Shown: in pieces, positions 8,762 to 18,409 of the stretch
Layout: every line of letters starts with the position of its first letter
How positions within the stretch are numbered: the stretch's first letter is position 1
From: Candidatus Limnocylindria bacterium
GTDB taxonomy: Bacteria > Chloroflexota > Limnocylindria > P2-11E
DNA length: 42,281 bases
Direction of reading: 5' to 3'
Assembly (NCBI GenBank): GCA_036389995.1
Contig: DASWCR010000031.1
Span: forward strand, 1-42,281
Notes under the pieces: model-generated
What the model saw: only the letters and a program-made list of their open reading frames with translations
Told to the model about the DNA's origin: nothing
The model's database searches: none
Program-made: the position numbers and the translations under genes

Positions 8762-10036
8762 CTAGGAAGCGGTGGCTTCGTCGCCCTCGAGCGAGATCTG
8801 CTCGTTCTTCGAGAGGAGGAGCGGCTTCATACGGCCCTCGATCGAATCGCCGGTGACGACGACCTTGCGAATGTTCGTGCTCGAGGGGATCTCGTACATC
8901 ACGTCGAGGAGTACCTCCTCGATGATGGTCCGGAGCCCGCGGGCGCCGGTCTTCCGCTTCGCCGCGCCCTTCGCCGCCGCCTGGAGGGCATCCGGCGTGA
9001 GCTGGAGCTCCACCTTGTCGAGCGCGAGGAACTTCTGGTACTGCTTCACGATCGCGTTCTTCGGCTCGGTGAGGATGCGCATGAGATCGCCCTCGTCGAG
9101 CGCCTGCAGGGGCACGACGACCGGGAGCCGGCCCACGAACTCGGGGATGAGCCCGTACTTCAGCAGATCGTCGGGCATGACCTGCTCGAGGATCGCCGAT
9201 GTCTCCTTGGTGTTGTCACGGAGCGTGGCACCGAAGCCCATCGTCTTCTTTCCGACGCGCGCCTCGACGATCTTCTCGAGACCTTCGAACGCGCCGCCGC
9301 ACACGAAGAGGATGTTCGTCGTGTCGATCTGAATGAAGTCCTGGTGCGGGTGCTTGCGGCCACCCTGCGGCGGGACGTTCGCGACGGTCCCCTCGAGTAT
9401 CTTCAGGAGGGCCTGCTGTACGCCCTCGCCCGAGACATCGCGGGTGATGGACGGGTTGTCACCCTTCCGCGCGATCTTGTCGATCTCGTCGATGTAGATG
9501 ATTCCGCGCTGCGCGCGGTTGAGGTCGAAGTCGGCGGCCTGAATGAGACGAAGCAGGATGTTCTCGACATCCTCCCCGACGTACCCCGCTTCCGTGAGGC
9601 TGGTGGCGTCGGCGATCGAGAACGGAACGTCGAGGATGCGCGCGAGCGTCTGGGCGAGGAGCGTCTTGCCGCAGCCGGTCGGGCCGATCAGCAGGACGTT
9701 CGACTTGCCGAGCTCGACGTCGTCCACGCGGTGTCCCGCGCCGACACGCTTGTAATGGTTGTAGACGGCGACGGAGAGCACGCGCTTCGCCTTGTCCTGG
9801 CCGATGACGTACTGGTCGAGGATCTCGTTGATGCGTCGAGGGCTCGGGACCTTCGCGCCGAGGGTCCGGGCCTTCGGCGTCTCCATGAACTCTTCGTCCA
9901 CGATCTCGCGGCAGAGGGTGATGCACTCGTCGCAGATGTAGACGCCCTGACCGGCGATGAGCTTGCGGACCTGATCCTGACTCTTGCCGCAGAAGGAGCA
10001 GCGATAGGGCTTACCGCCCTTCGCGGTGGTTGTCAT
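8762..10036 (-). CDS. clpX: ATP-dependent Clp protease ATP-binding subunit ClpX
   Basis: N-terminal C4 zinc ribbon (CSFCGKSQ...CDECI), Walker A GPTGCGKT and strong overall ClpX-like sequence. Confidence 0.97.
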   Translation of the reverse strand: MTTTAKGGKPYRCSFCGKSQDQVRKLIAGQGVYICDECITLCREIVDEEFMETPKARTLGAKVPSPRRINEILDQYVIGQDKAKRVLSVAVYNHYKRVGAGHRVDDVELGKSNVLLIGPTGCGKTLLAQTLARILDVPFSIADATSLTEAGYVGEDVENILLRLIQAADFDLNRAQRGIIYIDEIDKIARKGDNPSITRDVSGEGVQQALLKILEGTVANVPPQGGRKHPHQDFIQIDTTNILFVCGGAFEGLEKIVEARVGKKTMGFGATLRDNTKETSAILEQVMPDDLLKYGLIPEFVGRLPVVVPLQALDEGDLMRILTEPKNAIVKQYQKFLALDKVELQLTPDALQAAAKGAAKRKTGARGLRTIIEEVLLDVMYEIPSSTNIRKVVVTGDSIEGRMKPLLLSKNEQISLEGDEATAS

Positions 10037-10039
10037 CGC

Positions 10040-10702
10040 CTAGCGGGCCGCCACCGGCTCTCGGGCTGGCTCGCGCGTCACTTCGTCGGCCTTGGCGATC
10101 GAGATGAGCGACTCCTTGCCGACGAAGATCTCATCGATGAGCCCGTACTCGCGCGCCTCTTCCGCGCTCATGAAGCGGTCGCGGTCGACATCGCGTCGCA
10201 CTTTGTCGGCCGGCTGTCCGGTGTGGTGCGCGAGGATCCGCATGAGCTTCTCGACGAGGGTCTCGAGCTCTTTCACCTGGATGAGCACGTCGGGGGTGTT
10301 GCCCCGGAACCCGCCCGAGCCCTGGTGGATCATGATCCGGGAGTTCGGCAGCGCGTAGCGCTTGCCCTTCGCCCCGGCCGCGAGAAGCACCGCGCCCATC
10401 GAGGCCGCCTGGCCGATGCAGATTGTGTTCACGGGCGCTTTCAGGTACTGCATGGTGTCGTAGATGGCGAGCCCGGCTGTAACGACGCCGCCCGGCGAGT
10501 TGATATAGAGGTAGATGTCCCGCTCAGGGTCCTCGGACTCGAGGAAGAGGAGCTGGGCGATGATCAGATTGGCCATCGTGTCCTCGACGGCGTCGCCGAT
10601 GAAGATGATCCGTTCCTTGAGCAGGCGGGAGAAGATGTCATATGCGCGCTCGCCGCGGCCGGACTGCTCGATGACCATCGGCACGTAATTCCGCGTCGTC
10701 AA
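10040..10702 (-). CDS. clpP: ATP-dependent Clp protease proteolytic subunit ClpP
   Basis: [18 protein letters not shown], active-site Ser context GQAASMGA and His context RIMIHQ. There is a short C-terminal extension. It lies 3 nt upstream of clpX. Confidence 0.97.
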   Translation of the reverse strand: MTTRNYVPMVIEQSGRGERAYDIFSRLLKERIIFIGDAVEDTMANLIIAQLLFLESEDPERDIYLYINSPGGVVTAGLAIYDTMQYLKAPVNTICIGQAASMGAVLLAAGAKGKRYALPNSRIMIHQGSGGFRGNTPDVLIQVKELETLVEKLMRILAHHTGQPADKVRRDVDRDRFMSAEEAREYGLIDEIFVGKESLISIAKADEVTREPAREPVAAR

Positions 10703-10814
10703 GGGCCACCCTCCTCGCGTTGTGCCTGTTCAAGGAGTGTACGGCAGTCGATTGACGCCGCCATCTCAATTTCGCGACATGGTCATGTAGCCATTCGGGA
10801 TCAGGCGTCCAGGC

Positions 10815-12920
10815 ATGTCCACCCGACAGGCGAGCCAGTACGATTCGAGGCGACGGCAGGAGAGAATGCGTAAGCTCCCGCGCTCGCTGCGCCTCTACGT
10901 GGCGGCGTCGACCCTGTATGCCGCTCTGATCTTCTTCGCGGTGCAGTTCATCTACACGATCGAGCTGGCTCAGAGCGGCATCGTCATCGCACGACGGGAC
11001 AACGGGGATGTCCTGTCGTCGATCCAGCTGGTGTCCTTCATCGTCTGGCTTGGCATCAGCCTCATCGCCGCCGTGGTCCTGCACCGCCTCGCCACCGCTC
11101 TCGCCGGGGCGAAATCGGCGGAGGCCGACGCCAAGACGTCCGAAGAGCAGAAGGATCAGGAGCTTGGCTCGATCTTCGGCCTCTCATCGGCCCTCGCGGG
11201 CCCGCTGGATCTCGAGAAGATCGGCGCGTTCTTCGTGGCCGCGGTCCGCGGCGCACTCCCGCTCGACATGACGATCGCGCTCATCGTGTACGACGACGTC
11301 CTCGAGGCCTTTCGCACGGTCGCGACGGATGGGCCGCTTGCTCACGACCTCAAAGACCGCAGCTACTCCGCGGTAGCGCTGCCGTCGATCGTTCGGGTCC
11401 GGGTGATCGACCACCGTCACTCCCTCGTCATCGCCGACACGTCGGCGGACAAAGCGATGTGGGCGAAGGTCTCCGAAGAGACGCCGGCGTTCGCGAGCGC
11501 GCGATCCTTCGCCGCCCTGCCGCTTGTCTCTCGCGAGCGCCTCGTGGGGGCGCTCCTTCTTCTCGGCGAGCGCGCCGGAGACCTCACACCGGACAAAGCG
11601 CAGATGCCGGTGATCATGGGCCAGTACGTCGCGGGTTCGATCCACAGCGCTCTCACGGTGAAGGAGGCGGAGGCACGCGCCGAGCGCGAGATGCTGGTGA
11701 ACCGGATAGCGCAGCGCGCTCGCGGCAGCCTCGACCCCGACGAGATCCTTCGCGCCACGGTGGACGAGCTCGCAAAAGTCCTTGGCGTGACGCGCGCCGT
11801 CGTCGCGACCGGCGATTCCGAGGCGAACCTCGACGTGATCTACGAGTGGACAGCGGAAGGAGCGCCGCAGATGGGGCTCGGGCCGCGAGATCTCCCCGTC
11901 TCCCGGCTCGCGGCGCGCCTCGGACGAACGCTCTTCGTGACCGACGTTCGTCAGGACCGCCGCTTTGGCGACCCCGAGACCGCAAGCGCGCTCGCCAAGA
12001 TGGGGGTCATCGCGATCGCCGCCACGCCGATACGGATCGGCGGACGGTTCGCGGCCTCGCTCGCCCTCGTGCATACGGACCGTCCGCGCGAGTGGACGGC
12101 CGACGACGCACGACTGATCGACTCGGTCGCGCACGAGCTCCGCGGCGCCATCGCCGCGGCCGAGGCGTTCGAGCAACAGCGTGCGGCCGTCGCCGACCTC
12201 GAACGGCTGAACCGGGCCAAAAGTGACTTCGTTTCGATCGTGAGCCACGAATTCCGCACACCGCTCACCGGCATCCAGGGGTTCTCGGAAATGATGCAGA
12301 GCGAGGACCTGACGCTTGACGAGATGCGCGAGTACGCCGGCGACATCAACAAGGACGCCCACCGGCTCAATCGGATGATCACCGAGATGCTGGACCTGGA
12401 CAAGATGGAATCCGGCCGCATGGAGATCCATCGCGAGGCCGTCGACCTGAACGCACTCGTGGGCGAGGCGGCGGACCAAATGCGCCCGAACGCGCCCCGC
12501 CATCCCCTCTCGCTGCGACTCGATCCGATGGTCGGCGAGGTGAGCGCCGACCGCGACAAGCTGACCCAGGTGATGGCGAACCTGCTCAGCAACGCGGTGA
12601 AGTACTCGCCCGACGGTGGCGAGATCGTCGTGAGCACACGCGTCGAGGGCAACACCGCCCACGTGGTGGTCCGCGACCACGGGATGGGCATCCCAAAGGC
12701 CGCGCTCGAGACGATCTTCGAGCGGTACGGCCGGGTGGAGTCGCTGGCGACGCGCCACATCCAGGGCACGGGCCTGGGTCTCCCGATCGTCCGCCAGATC
12801 GTGCAGCTTCACGGCGGTGCGGTCTGGGTGGAGAGCACCGTTGGCGAGGGCTCGGTGTTCCACGTCACGCTGCCGCGCGGCGCGGCGGCCCGCGTCGAGG
12901 TCGCGGAGGCCGCCTCGTGA
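10815..12920 (+). CDS. Membrane sensor histidine kinase with two GAF-like domains
   Basis: Two N-terminal TM helices and two GAF-like blocks. H-box SHEFRTPLTGI, N box NLLSNAVKYSP, G boxes DHGMGIP and GTGLGLPIV. Confidence 0.9.
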   Translation: MSTRQASQYDSRRRQERMRKLPRSLRLYVAASTLYAALIFFAVQFIYTIELAQSGIVIARRDNGDVLSSIQLVSFIVWLGISLIAAVVLHRLATALAGAKSAEADAKTSEEQKDQELGSIFGLSSALAGPLDLEKIGAFFVAAVRGALPLDMTIALIVYDDVLEAFRTVATDGPLAHDLKDRSYSAVALPSIVRVRVIDHRHSLVIADTSADKAMWAKVSEETPAFASARSFAALPLVSRERLVGALLLLGERAGDLTPDKAQMPVIMGQYVAGSIHSALTVKEAEARAEREMLVNRIAQRARGSLDPDEILRATVDELAKVLGVTRAVVATGDSEANLDVIYEWTAEGAPQMGLGPRDLPVSRLAARLGRTLFVTDVRQDRRFGDPETASALAKMGVIAIAATPIRIGGRFAASLALVHTDRPREWTADDARLIDSVAHELRGAIAAAEAFEQQRAAVADLERLNRAKSDFVSIVSHEFRTPLTGIQGFSEMMQSEDLTLDEMREYAGDINKDAHRLNRMITEMLDLDKMESGRMEIHREAVDLNALVGEAADQMRPNAPRHPLSLRLDPMVGEVSADRDKLTQVMANLLSNAVKYSPDGGEIVVSTRVEGNTAHVVVRDHGMGIPKAALETIFERYGRVESLATRHIQGTGLGLPIVRQIVQLHGGAVWVESTVGEGSVFHVTLPRGAAARVEVAEAAS

Positions 12921-13282
12921 GCAAGGTCGTCTTTTGCGAGGACGATCCGATGATCCGGAAGCTCGTGCAGACGGCACTGCGCTCGACCACCCACGACGTG
13001 CACATCGCGGAGGACGGGAAACGGGGTCTCGCGCTTATAGAGAAAGTGCGTCCTGACGTAGTCTTCAGCGACGTGGCGATGCCCGAGATGGACGGCTTCG
13101 AGCTGGCCGATGCGATGCGCGCGAGACCGGATCTCGCGCACATCCCGATCGTTTTCATGACCGCGTCCGTCCAGCGCGAGCAGATCGACGAGTGCTTCCG
13201 CCACGGCGCCGCGGGCCACCTCGCCAAGCCCTTCACCATGGCCGAGTTGCGCGCCCGCGTCGCGCAGTTTTCGAAGAACTAA
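12917..13282 (+). CDS. Single-domain (CheY-like) response regulator
   Basis: Canonical receiver residues are present: EDD, phospho-acceptor Asp in FSDVAMPEMDG, Thr in FMTAS and Lys in LAKPF. The GTG start overlaps the kinase stop (GTGA). Confidence 0.9.
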   Translation: MSKVVFCEDDPMIRKLVQTALRSTTHDVHIAEDGKRGLALIEKVRPDVVFSDVAMPEMDGFELADAMRARPDLAHIPIVFMTASVQREQIDECFRHGAAGHLAKPFTMAELRARVAQFSKN

Positions 13283-14427
13283 TGGCGGGCGAACGCGTCC
13301 TCTTCGTCGACGACGAGGAGCAGATCCGAAAGCTCTTGTCGACGTGGCTCGCAAGGCACGGCTACGAGGTCACCGTGGCCAACGATGGCTGGGAAGCGCT
13401 CAAGGCCATTCGCGCCAAGGCGCCGGATCTCGTGATCACGGACGTGAACATGCCGAACATGAACGGCCTCGAGCTCACGCGACGGATGCGCGCGGACCAT
13501 CGCACCGCGCGGATCCCGGTGATCATGCTGTCGGCGCGGAAGCAAGCGGACGACGTCCTCACCGGATACGCCGAAGGGGCGGACGAATACATCCCCAAGC
13601 CGGTCGAGATGGCCGTGCTCGCGGCGAAGGTCGAGGTCCTCATCCGGCGGTTCGCCACAACGCGCGGCGAGGCCGTCGCGAAACGGGGCGGCAACGTCGT
13701 CCTGTTCGTCCACGGCAAAGGCGGTGTCGGCTGCACGACGCTCGCGGTGAATGCCGCCGTTGCGCTCGCGGCGACCACGATCTATCGCGTGACGCTGCTC
13801 GACTTGAACCTCGAATTCGGGAACGCCCCGATGCTCATGAATCTGACCTCCAGCCGCACCCTCGCCGACCTGGCGGAGAACGCGCACGAGCAGCTCGACG
13901 AGGGGACATTCCTGACGTACCTCGAACAGGATCGAAGCGGGGTGCGTGTCCTCGCGGGATGCGACGTCCCCGAGCGCGCCGAGCTCGTCACGGTCCCCGC
14001 CGCGCAGCAGGCCATCGACCATCTCCAAAAGCAGTCCGACTATGTCGTCATCGACGCACCCGCCAGCTTTTCCCAGCTGGTCCTGGCCGCGCTGGACGTT
14101 GCCGACGCGGCCGTGATCGTGACGGCGGCCCATCTTCCGTCGCTCAAGGCGACAAAGCAGGCGCTCGAGGTCCTCGACAAGCTCTCCTACCCGGTCGAGC
14201 GCACGGTCCTCGTCGTGAATCGGACGAGCGCCGCCGGCGTGGAGATGGATCACGTCGCGCGCTTCTTCAATCGCAAGCCGGACATCGTCGTGCCCTACAC
14301 CGAGGCGTGCGACGACGCCGCGGACCGAGGCCGGCCACTCACCATCCTTCACCCTGACAGCGCGGCGTCGAAGGTCATCCGCGACCTCGCGGCGCGGATC
14401 GCGGTCGCCGCTCCCGCGGGCAGGTAG
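13282..14427 (+). CDS. Response-regulator receiver fused to an atypical MinD/ParA-type ATPase (CpaE/TadZ-like)
   Basis: The start ATG shares one base with the preceding TAA (TAATG). The REC domain is canonical (VDDEE, ITDVNMPNMNG, MLSA, IPKP). The ATPase domain has a deviant Walker A, GKGGVGCTT, with Cys where the P-loop Lys normally sits. The LLDLNLEFGN and VVIDAP blocks are typical of CpaE/TadZ. Confidence 0.85.
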   Translation: MAGERVLFVDDEEQIRKLLSTWLARHGYEVTVANDGWEALKAIRAKAPDLVITDVNMPNMNGLELTRRMRADHRTARIPVIMLSARKQADDVLTGYAEGADEYIPKPVEMAVLAAKVEVLIRRFATTRGEAVAKRGGNVVLFVHGKGGVGCTTLAVNAAVALAATTIYRVTLLDLNLEFGNAPMLMNLTSSRTLADLAENAHEQLDEGTFLTYLEQDRSGVRVLAGCDVPERAELVTVPAAQQAIDHLQKQSDYVVIDAPASFSQLVLAALDVADAAVIVTAAHLPSLKATKQALEVLDKLSYPVERTVLVVNRTSAAGVEMDHVARFFNRKPDIVVPYTEACDDAADRGRPLTILHPDSAASKVIRDLAARIAVAAPAGR

Positions 14428-14436
14428 CAGGCTGCA

Positions 14437-15416
14437 GTGGACGGACTGAACGACACCCAGCGCTATTTCGTCGAGGAGCACATCGAGGACTTCCGCGATG
14501 GACTCATCGGCCGCCGCGAGCTCATCCGCAGGGTGGCCATCGTCGTCGGAGGCGCGGCTGCCGCGACGACAATCCTTGCCGCATGGGATCTGAGCCCGCG
14601 ATCGTCGCCGACCACATCGCCGACGGCGCCCGCGGCGACGGCATCACCGACGCAAGGTCTCGTCGCGCAACCGTTCGCGACGCCGCCGCCCGCGGCGACG
14701 ACGAACGGCGTCACGGTGACGGAGAACGACCCGCGCATCGCCGTTTCGAAGCCCGAGATCAAAGGCGCGGACGGCATGTCGCTGATGGCGTACGTGGCGA
14801 AGCCGAATGTCAGCGGGCGGGTGCCCGGCGTGATGGTCATACACGAGAACCGCGGACAGACCGAGCACATCCGCGACGTCGTGCGTCGCGCCGCGACCGC
14901 GGGCTTCGTCGCCGTGAACATCGACCTGACAGCAAGGCAGGGCGGCGGCGACAAGCTCGGAGATGCGGTCACCGGCGTTATCGGAAACCTTCCGCTGCAG
15001 CAAAAGCTCGACGACCACGCCGCCGCGCTCGCGTATCTGAAGGCGAACACGTCCGGCGCGATCGGCGTCGTCGGGTTTTGCTTCGGTGGCGGCGAGGTGT
15101 GGAACCTGCTCGCGGCGGGTGCCGACCTAAAAGCGGCGGCGCCGTACTACGGCCCGCAGCCTTCGAACTATCAGGACATCGGCACCGAGACGAGGGCGGC
15201 CACGCTCGCCGTCTACGCCGAACAGGACACGCGCATCACCGCGACCGCGCCACAGATGGGGAGCAGCTCAAGAAGGCAGGCGTGCCCAACCAGATCTTGG
15301 TCTTCCCGGGCGTGAACCACGCGTTCCACAACGACACCGGGGCGCGGTACGCGCCAGAGGCGGCGCAGAAAGCGTGGGTCGCGACGATCGAGTGGTTCCG
15401 AAAATATCTCGTCTAG
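14437..15416 (+). pseudogene. Dienelactone hydrolase family protein with Tat-like signal, interrupted by a 1-nt frameshift
   Basis: The N-terminal 274 codons are in frame 1 (RRELIRRVAIVVGGAAAATTILAA; VMVIHENRG; GVVGFCFGG). The conserved C-terminus (EQLKKAGVPNQILVFPGVNHAFHNDTGARYAPEAAQKAWVATIEWFRKYLV) is in frame 3. The frames switch at the G4 run 15258-15261. Confidence 0.75.
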
Positions 15417-16387
15417 CGGCCTTCGCCCTCGCGGCGAGCCTCGCAAGCGCGTGCGTCTCGCCGGCCGCTGCGCCGTCGTCCTCCCCGACGCCGAGTCCGA
15501 GCCCGACCGAGTCGCCATCGCCGAGCGCGTCGCCCTCACCGTCGCCCACCGCGACGGCCGGCGTCTTCACGAACTTCGTCCTGGGCTATCGCATCGACCT
15601 ACCGGCATCGTGGCGGCGCTCGTCGTGTCTGTCGTCGGAGGATCAGACGAAGCTCCCCGCGAACGACGGATTCGTGCGCGTGGCTCCGGAGGATGAACGC
15701 GGTACCGACGTCGGTAACGTCTTTGACGTCGTGCAGGTCCATGTCGAGCCCAACCCCAATCGCTTCCCGCCTGAGCGGTGGCTCGCAACCGGGGTCATCG
15801 GAGGCACGGCCAACCAAATCACCGAGCCGGCGACGATCGACGGACGTAGCGCGCTGCTCCTCCGCCAAGGTCCGGGGCTTGCCCTCGCGTTTCTCGTCCC
15901 CGTCGCCGACCGCATGTACGTCGTCGGCTACCAGAACTCATACAACGACGCGTCCAGCGCGCCGGTTATGGAGCGAATGGTCAGATCGTTCCACTTGCTC
16001 ACCGATCAGGAGCTCTCGGCCGCACCACCACCGGCATCGATACTCGCGCGGTCGCCCGAGGCCGTCGCCGATACGCTCGCGGACGGATTCGTGCGTCGTG
16101 ATGCCGATTTGCTCGGGACGGTGATGGCGGGGTGCATGGCCGCGGCGCTCGAGCAGGCTGGCGGGACGTTCACTCCGCGCGTGGCGTTCCTGGAGGACCT
16201 CCGCAAGGCGTTCGCGGGTGGCCTAACCGTGACGGTTCAGAGGCGGCCGATCGAGAGCGACGCAACCGGGACGTTCCTGCGAGCGACCTGGAACGCAGCA
16301 GTAGAACAGCGCCGAGACCTCTATCTGCGACGCGACGGCGAAGTCTGGAGCTGGTACCTCACGCTGACGCGACAGCCCGTGCGCTGA
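15392..16387 (+). CDS. Hypothetical secreted protein or lipoprotein with Pro/Ser-rich linker
   Basis: Signal-like VVPKISRLAAFALAASLASAC with a Cys in a loose lipobox, followed by SPTPSPSPTESPSPSASPSPSPT. The track start 15374 overlaps the previous gene, so GTG 15392 is preferred. No family recognised. Confidence 0.55.
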   Translation: MVPKISRLAAFALAASLASACVSPAAAPSSSPTPSPSPTESPSPSASPSPSPTATAGVFTNFVLGYRIDLPASWRRSSCLSSEDQTKLPANDGFVRVAPEDERGTDVGNVFDVVQVHVEPNPNRFPPERWLATGVIGGTANQITEPATIDGRSALLLRQGPGLALAFLVPVADRMYVVGYQNSYNDASSAPVMERMVRSFHLLTDQELSAAPPPASILARSPEAVADTLADGFVRRDADLLGTVMAGCMAAALEQAGGTFTPRVAFLEDLRKAFAGGLTVTVQRRPIESDATGTFLRATWNAAVEQRRDLYLRRDGEVWSWYLTLTRQPVR

Positions 16388-16518
16388 GCGAAGAGGGCTA
16401 GAGACGCGTCGCGCGTGACACGGCGAGCCGGATTGAGCAGCGTCGGGGTCTTCTGAGCGAGCGGGCCCTGGGCGGCGGCACATCACGCGAAAACCCCGAG
16501 AACGCGGATGCGAGCGAG

Positions 16519-17973
16519 TTACTTCTCGAGCATCGCGCGAAGAGCTTCGCGCCCCTCCGGTGTCGCGTCCGATTTCTCGGGCACGATGATCTTCGGCTCC
16601 GGCGCTTGGGCCGGCGCCGACCCGTGGAAATCGAAGTCGTCGCCGCCCGCTTTCCGGATCGCTTCGCGCTCCGCGTCCGGCGACTCGAGACCGACGAGCT
16701 TGTCGACCGTCTTGCGATTGCGGATCGACCGCGCCAGGGACGCCAGCACCGCCGGGGAGCGAAGGGCTTGCGGGTCAACCTGCGCGAGCGGCGACATCGT
16801 CGCCTGTGCCGCGAGCTCGTCGCCGGAGACGGTGATGCCTTCCTTCCGCGCGATCGCATCCAGCACCAGGAGTGACTTCGCGCGCCGTTCGGCAACCGGA
16901 CGCCACTCCTTGCGGATGTCGTCCTCAGTCTTCCGCGCCTGAAGCAGGAACTTCTCCCAGGTCACACCCTCCTGCTTCACGCGTGCCTTCAGATCGTTCA
17001 CCAGGTGCTCGAGCTCGTCCTCGACAAGTAATTCCGGGACCTCGACGGTAGAGGTTTGCATCGCGTGCTCCACCGCCTTGTCCGCCGCTTCGTCGCGTGC
17101 TTCATGGAACGCGGCATGCGCGAGCTCGTTGCGGACAGCTTTGCGGAGCGACGCGATATCGGCGACGCCGACGGTCTTCGCGAACTCGTCGTCGAGCGCC
17201 GGAAGGACTTTTTCGGCGACCTGCGACGGGCGAATGCTGAATGTTCCGGTCTTGCCCGCGAGATCGCTCTCGCTGGCGTCGTTCGGGAACGCGAGGTCCA
17301 CTTTCTTTTCCTCGCCCACCTTCATCCCGACGAGCGCCTCACCCAGGCCCGCGATGCCGAGATCCTTCCCGGCCTCGATGTGCGCGTTGCGCGCGAACGG
17401 CGGCAGGGCCGTCTTCCCGGGGACCGACGCGTCGATGTCGACGGTGAGGATGTCGCCGGGTCTCGCCTCTCGGTCCACCGGCCGAAGCTGGGCGTGACTG
17501 TCGCGCATCGAAGCGATCGTCTTGTCGACCTCTTCTTCGGTGGGTGGGCTCGCCTCGACCTTCGCGCCGTGCGCTGAGTAATCGCCGAGCGCGACGTCGG
17601 GGCGCACGACGACGGTCGCCGTGTAGCGGAGGGGCTCGCCTTCCTTGAGCTGCGTCAGCTTCGCGTCGGGCCGATCGATCGGCTCGATGCCCTCGGCCTC
17701 GACGATCTCGCGATACGTCTGATCCATCAGGTCGTCGGCCGCGTCCTCCCAGAGATGCTCCTTGCCATACGCGCGCTCGTACATCCCGCGCGGCGCTTTT
17801 CCCGGACGGAAGCCGGGGATATTCGCGCGCTGCACGTGTCGCTCGAACGCGGCGTCGGCCGCGCGCTTGAGCCGGTCGGCGTCCACCTCAACGTCGAGCG
17901 TGACCTTCGATCCGGCATCTCGACGGAGCGTGTGCTTGACGGATGACGGCACGGTCTTCGGGGAGTTCTGCAT
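16519..17973 (-). CDS. tig: Trigger factor
   Basis: Ribosome-binding signature GFRPGKAP near the N-terminus, a central PPIase-like region, and length and organisation typical of Tig. Confidence 0.95.
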   Translation of the reverse strand: MQNSPKTVPSSVKHTLRRDAGSKVTLDVEVDADRLKRAADAAFERHVQRANIPGFRPGKAPRGMYERAYGKEHLWEDAADDLMDQTYREIVEAEGIEPIDRPDAKLTQLKEGEPLRYTATVVVRPDVALGDYSAHGAKVEASPPTEEEVDKTIASMRDSHAQLRPVDREARPGDILTVDIDASVPGKTALPPFARNAHIEAGKDLGIAGLGEALVGMKVGEEKKVDLAFPNDASESDLAGKTGTFSIRPSQVAEKVLPALDDEFAKTVGVADIASLRKAVRNELAHAAFHEARDEAADKAVEHAMQTSTVEVPELLVEDELEHLVNDLKARVKQEGVTWEKFLLQARKTEDDIRKEWRPVAERRAKSLLVLDAIARKEGITVSGDELAAQATMSPLAQVDPQALRSPAVLASLARSIRNRKTVDKLVGLESPDAEREAIRKAGGDDFDFHGSAPAQAPEPKIIVPEKSDATPEGREALRAMLEK

Positions 17974-18081
17974 GGAGATGCGTCAATGGTAATCGGGTAG
18001 GTGATCACAGCGCCGCTTCGCGTCGCCGTGATCGTCCTGCTGCTGCGCCTTAAGGCTCCGGAGTAGGCTCGTTGCCAGCAG

Positions 18082-18405
18082 GTGTTCTTCTACGAGATCC
18101 ATGAAGGCGACGAGGACCTCGGCACCGCCGTGCTCCTCGCCCACGAACGCCGCTTCGAGCCGCTCGAGTTCTTCGCGCTGGTGAAGAAGGCGCGTGCGCT
18201 GCTCGTCGATGCATACGAGGAAGACTCGCTCGCCGAGGCGATCGCGAACGAGCTCGCTCGGACCGGGGCATTCATCCACGTGACGGACGATCTGCTCGTG
18301 GCTTCGGTGAACGTCGACGTGACCGAGGAAGGGACGTTCCTCGTCTCCGAGGAGGCCGGCGACCGCAGCGTGTTCCTCTCGCGCGACGACGACATCGAGA
18401 ACTGA
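18082..18405 (+). CDS. Hypothetical acidic protein
   Basis: 107-aa Asp/Glu-rich ORF with a GTG start. Its stop is 4 nt before the next gene. No family recognised. Confidence 0.4.
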   Translation: MFFYEIHEGDEDLGTAVLLAHERRFEPLEFFALVKKARALLVDAYEEDSLAEAIANELARTGAFIHVTDDLLVASVNVDVTEEGTFLVSEEAGDRSVFLSRDDDIEN

Positions 18406-18409
18406 CCCG

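Noticed and set aside
8759-10873. 704-aa plus-strand ORF antisense to clpX and clpP
   Set aside because: It spans two unambiguous minus-strand genes and their intergenic gap. Its composition is biased (L/R/D/E/A) and it has no motifs.
11184-14481. Minus-strand ORFs 11184..12977 (597 aa) and 13279..14481 (400 aa), antisense to the kinase and REC-ATPase genes
   Set aside because: Same antisense-shadow pattern. The plus-strand genes carry complete H, N and G boxes and receiver and Walker motifs.
15241-15275. Programmed ribosomal frameshift in the dienelactone hydrolase gene
   Set aside because: There is no X XXY YYZ slippery heptamer or obvious downstream stimulatory structure. A 1-nt loss in a G homopolymer is the simpler explanation.
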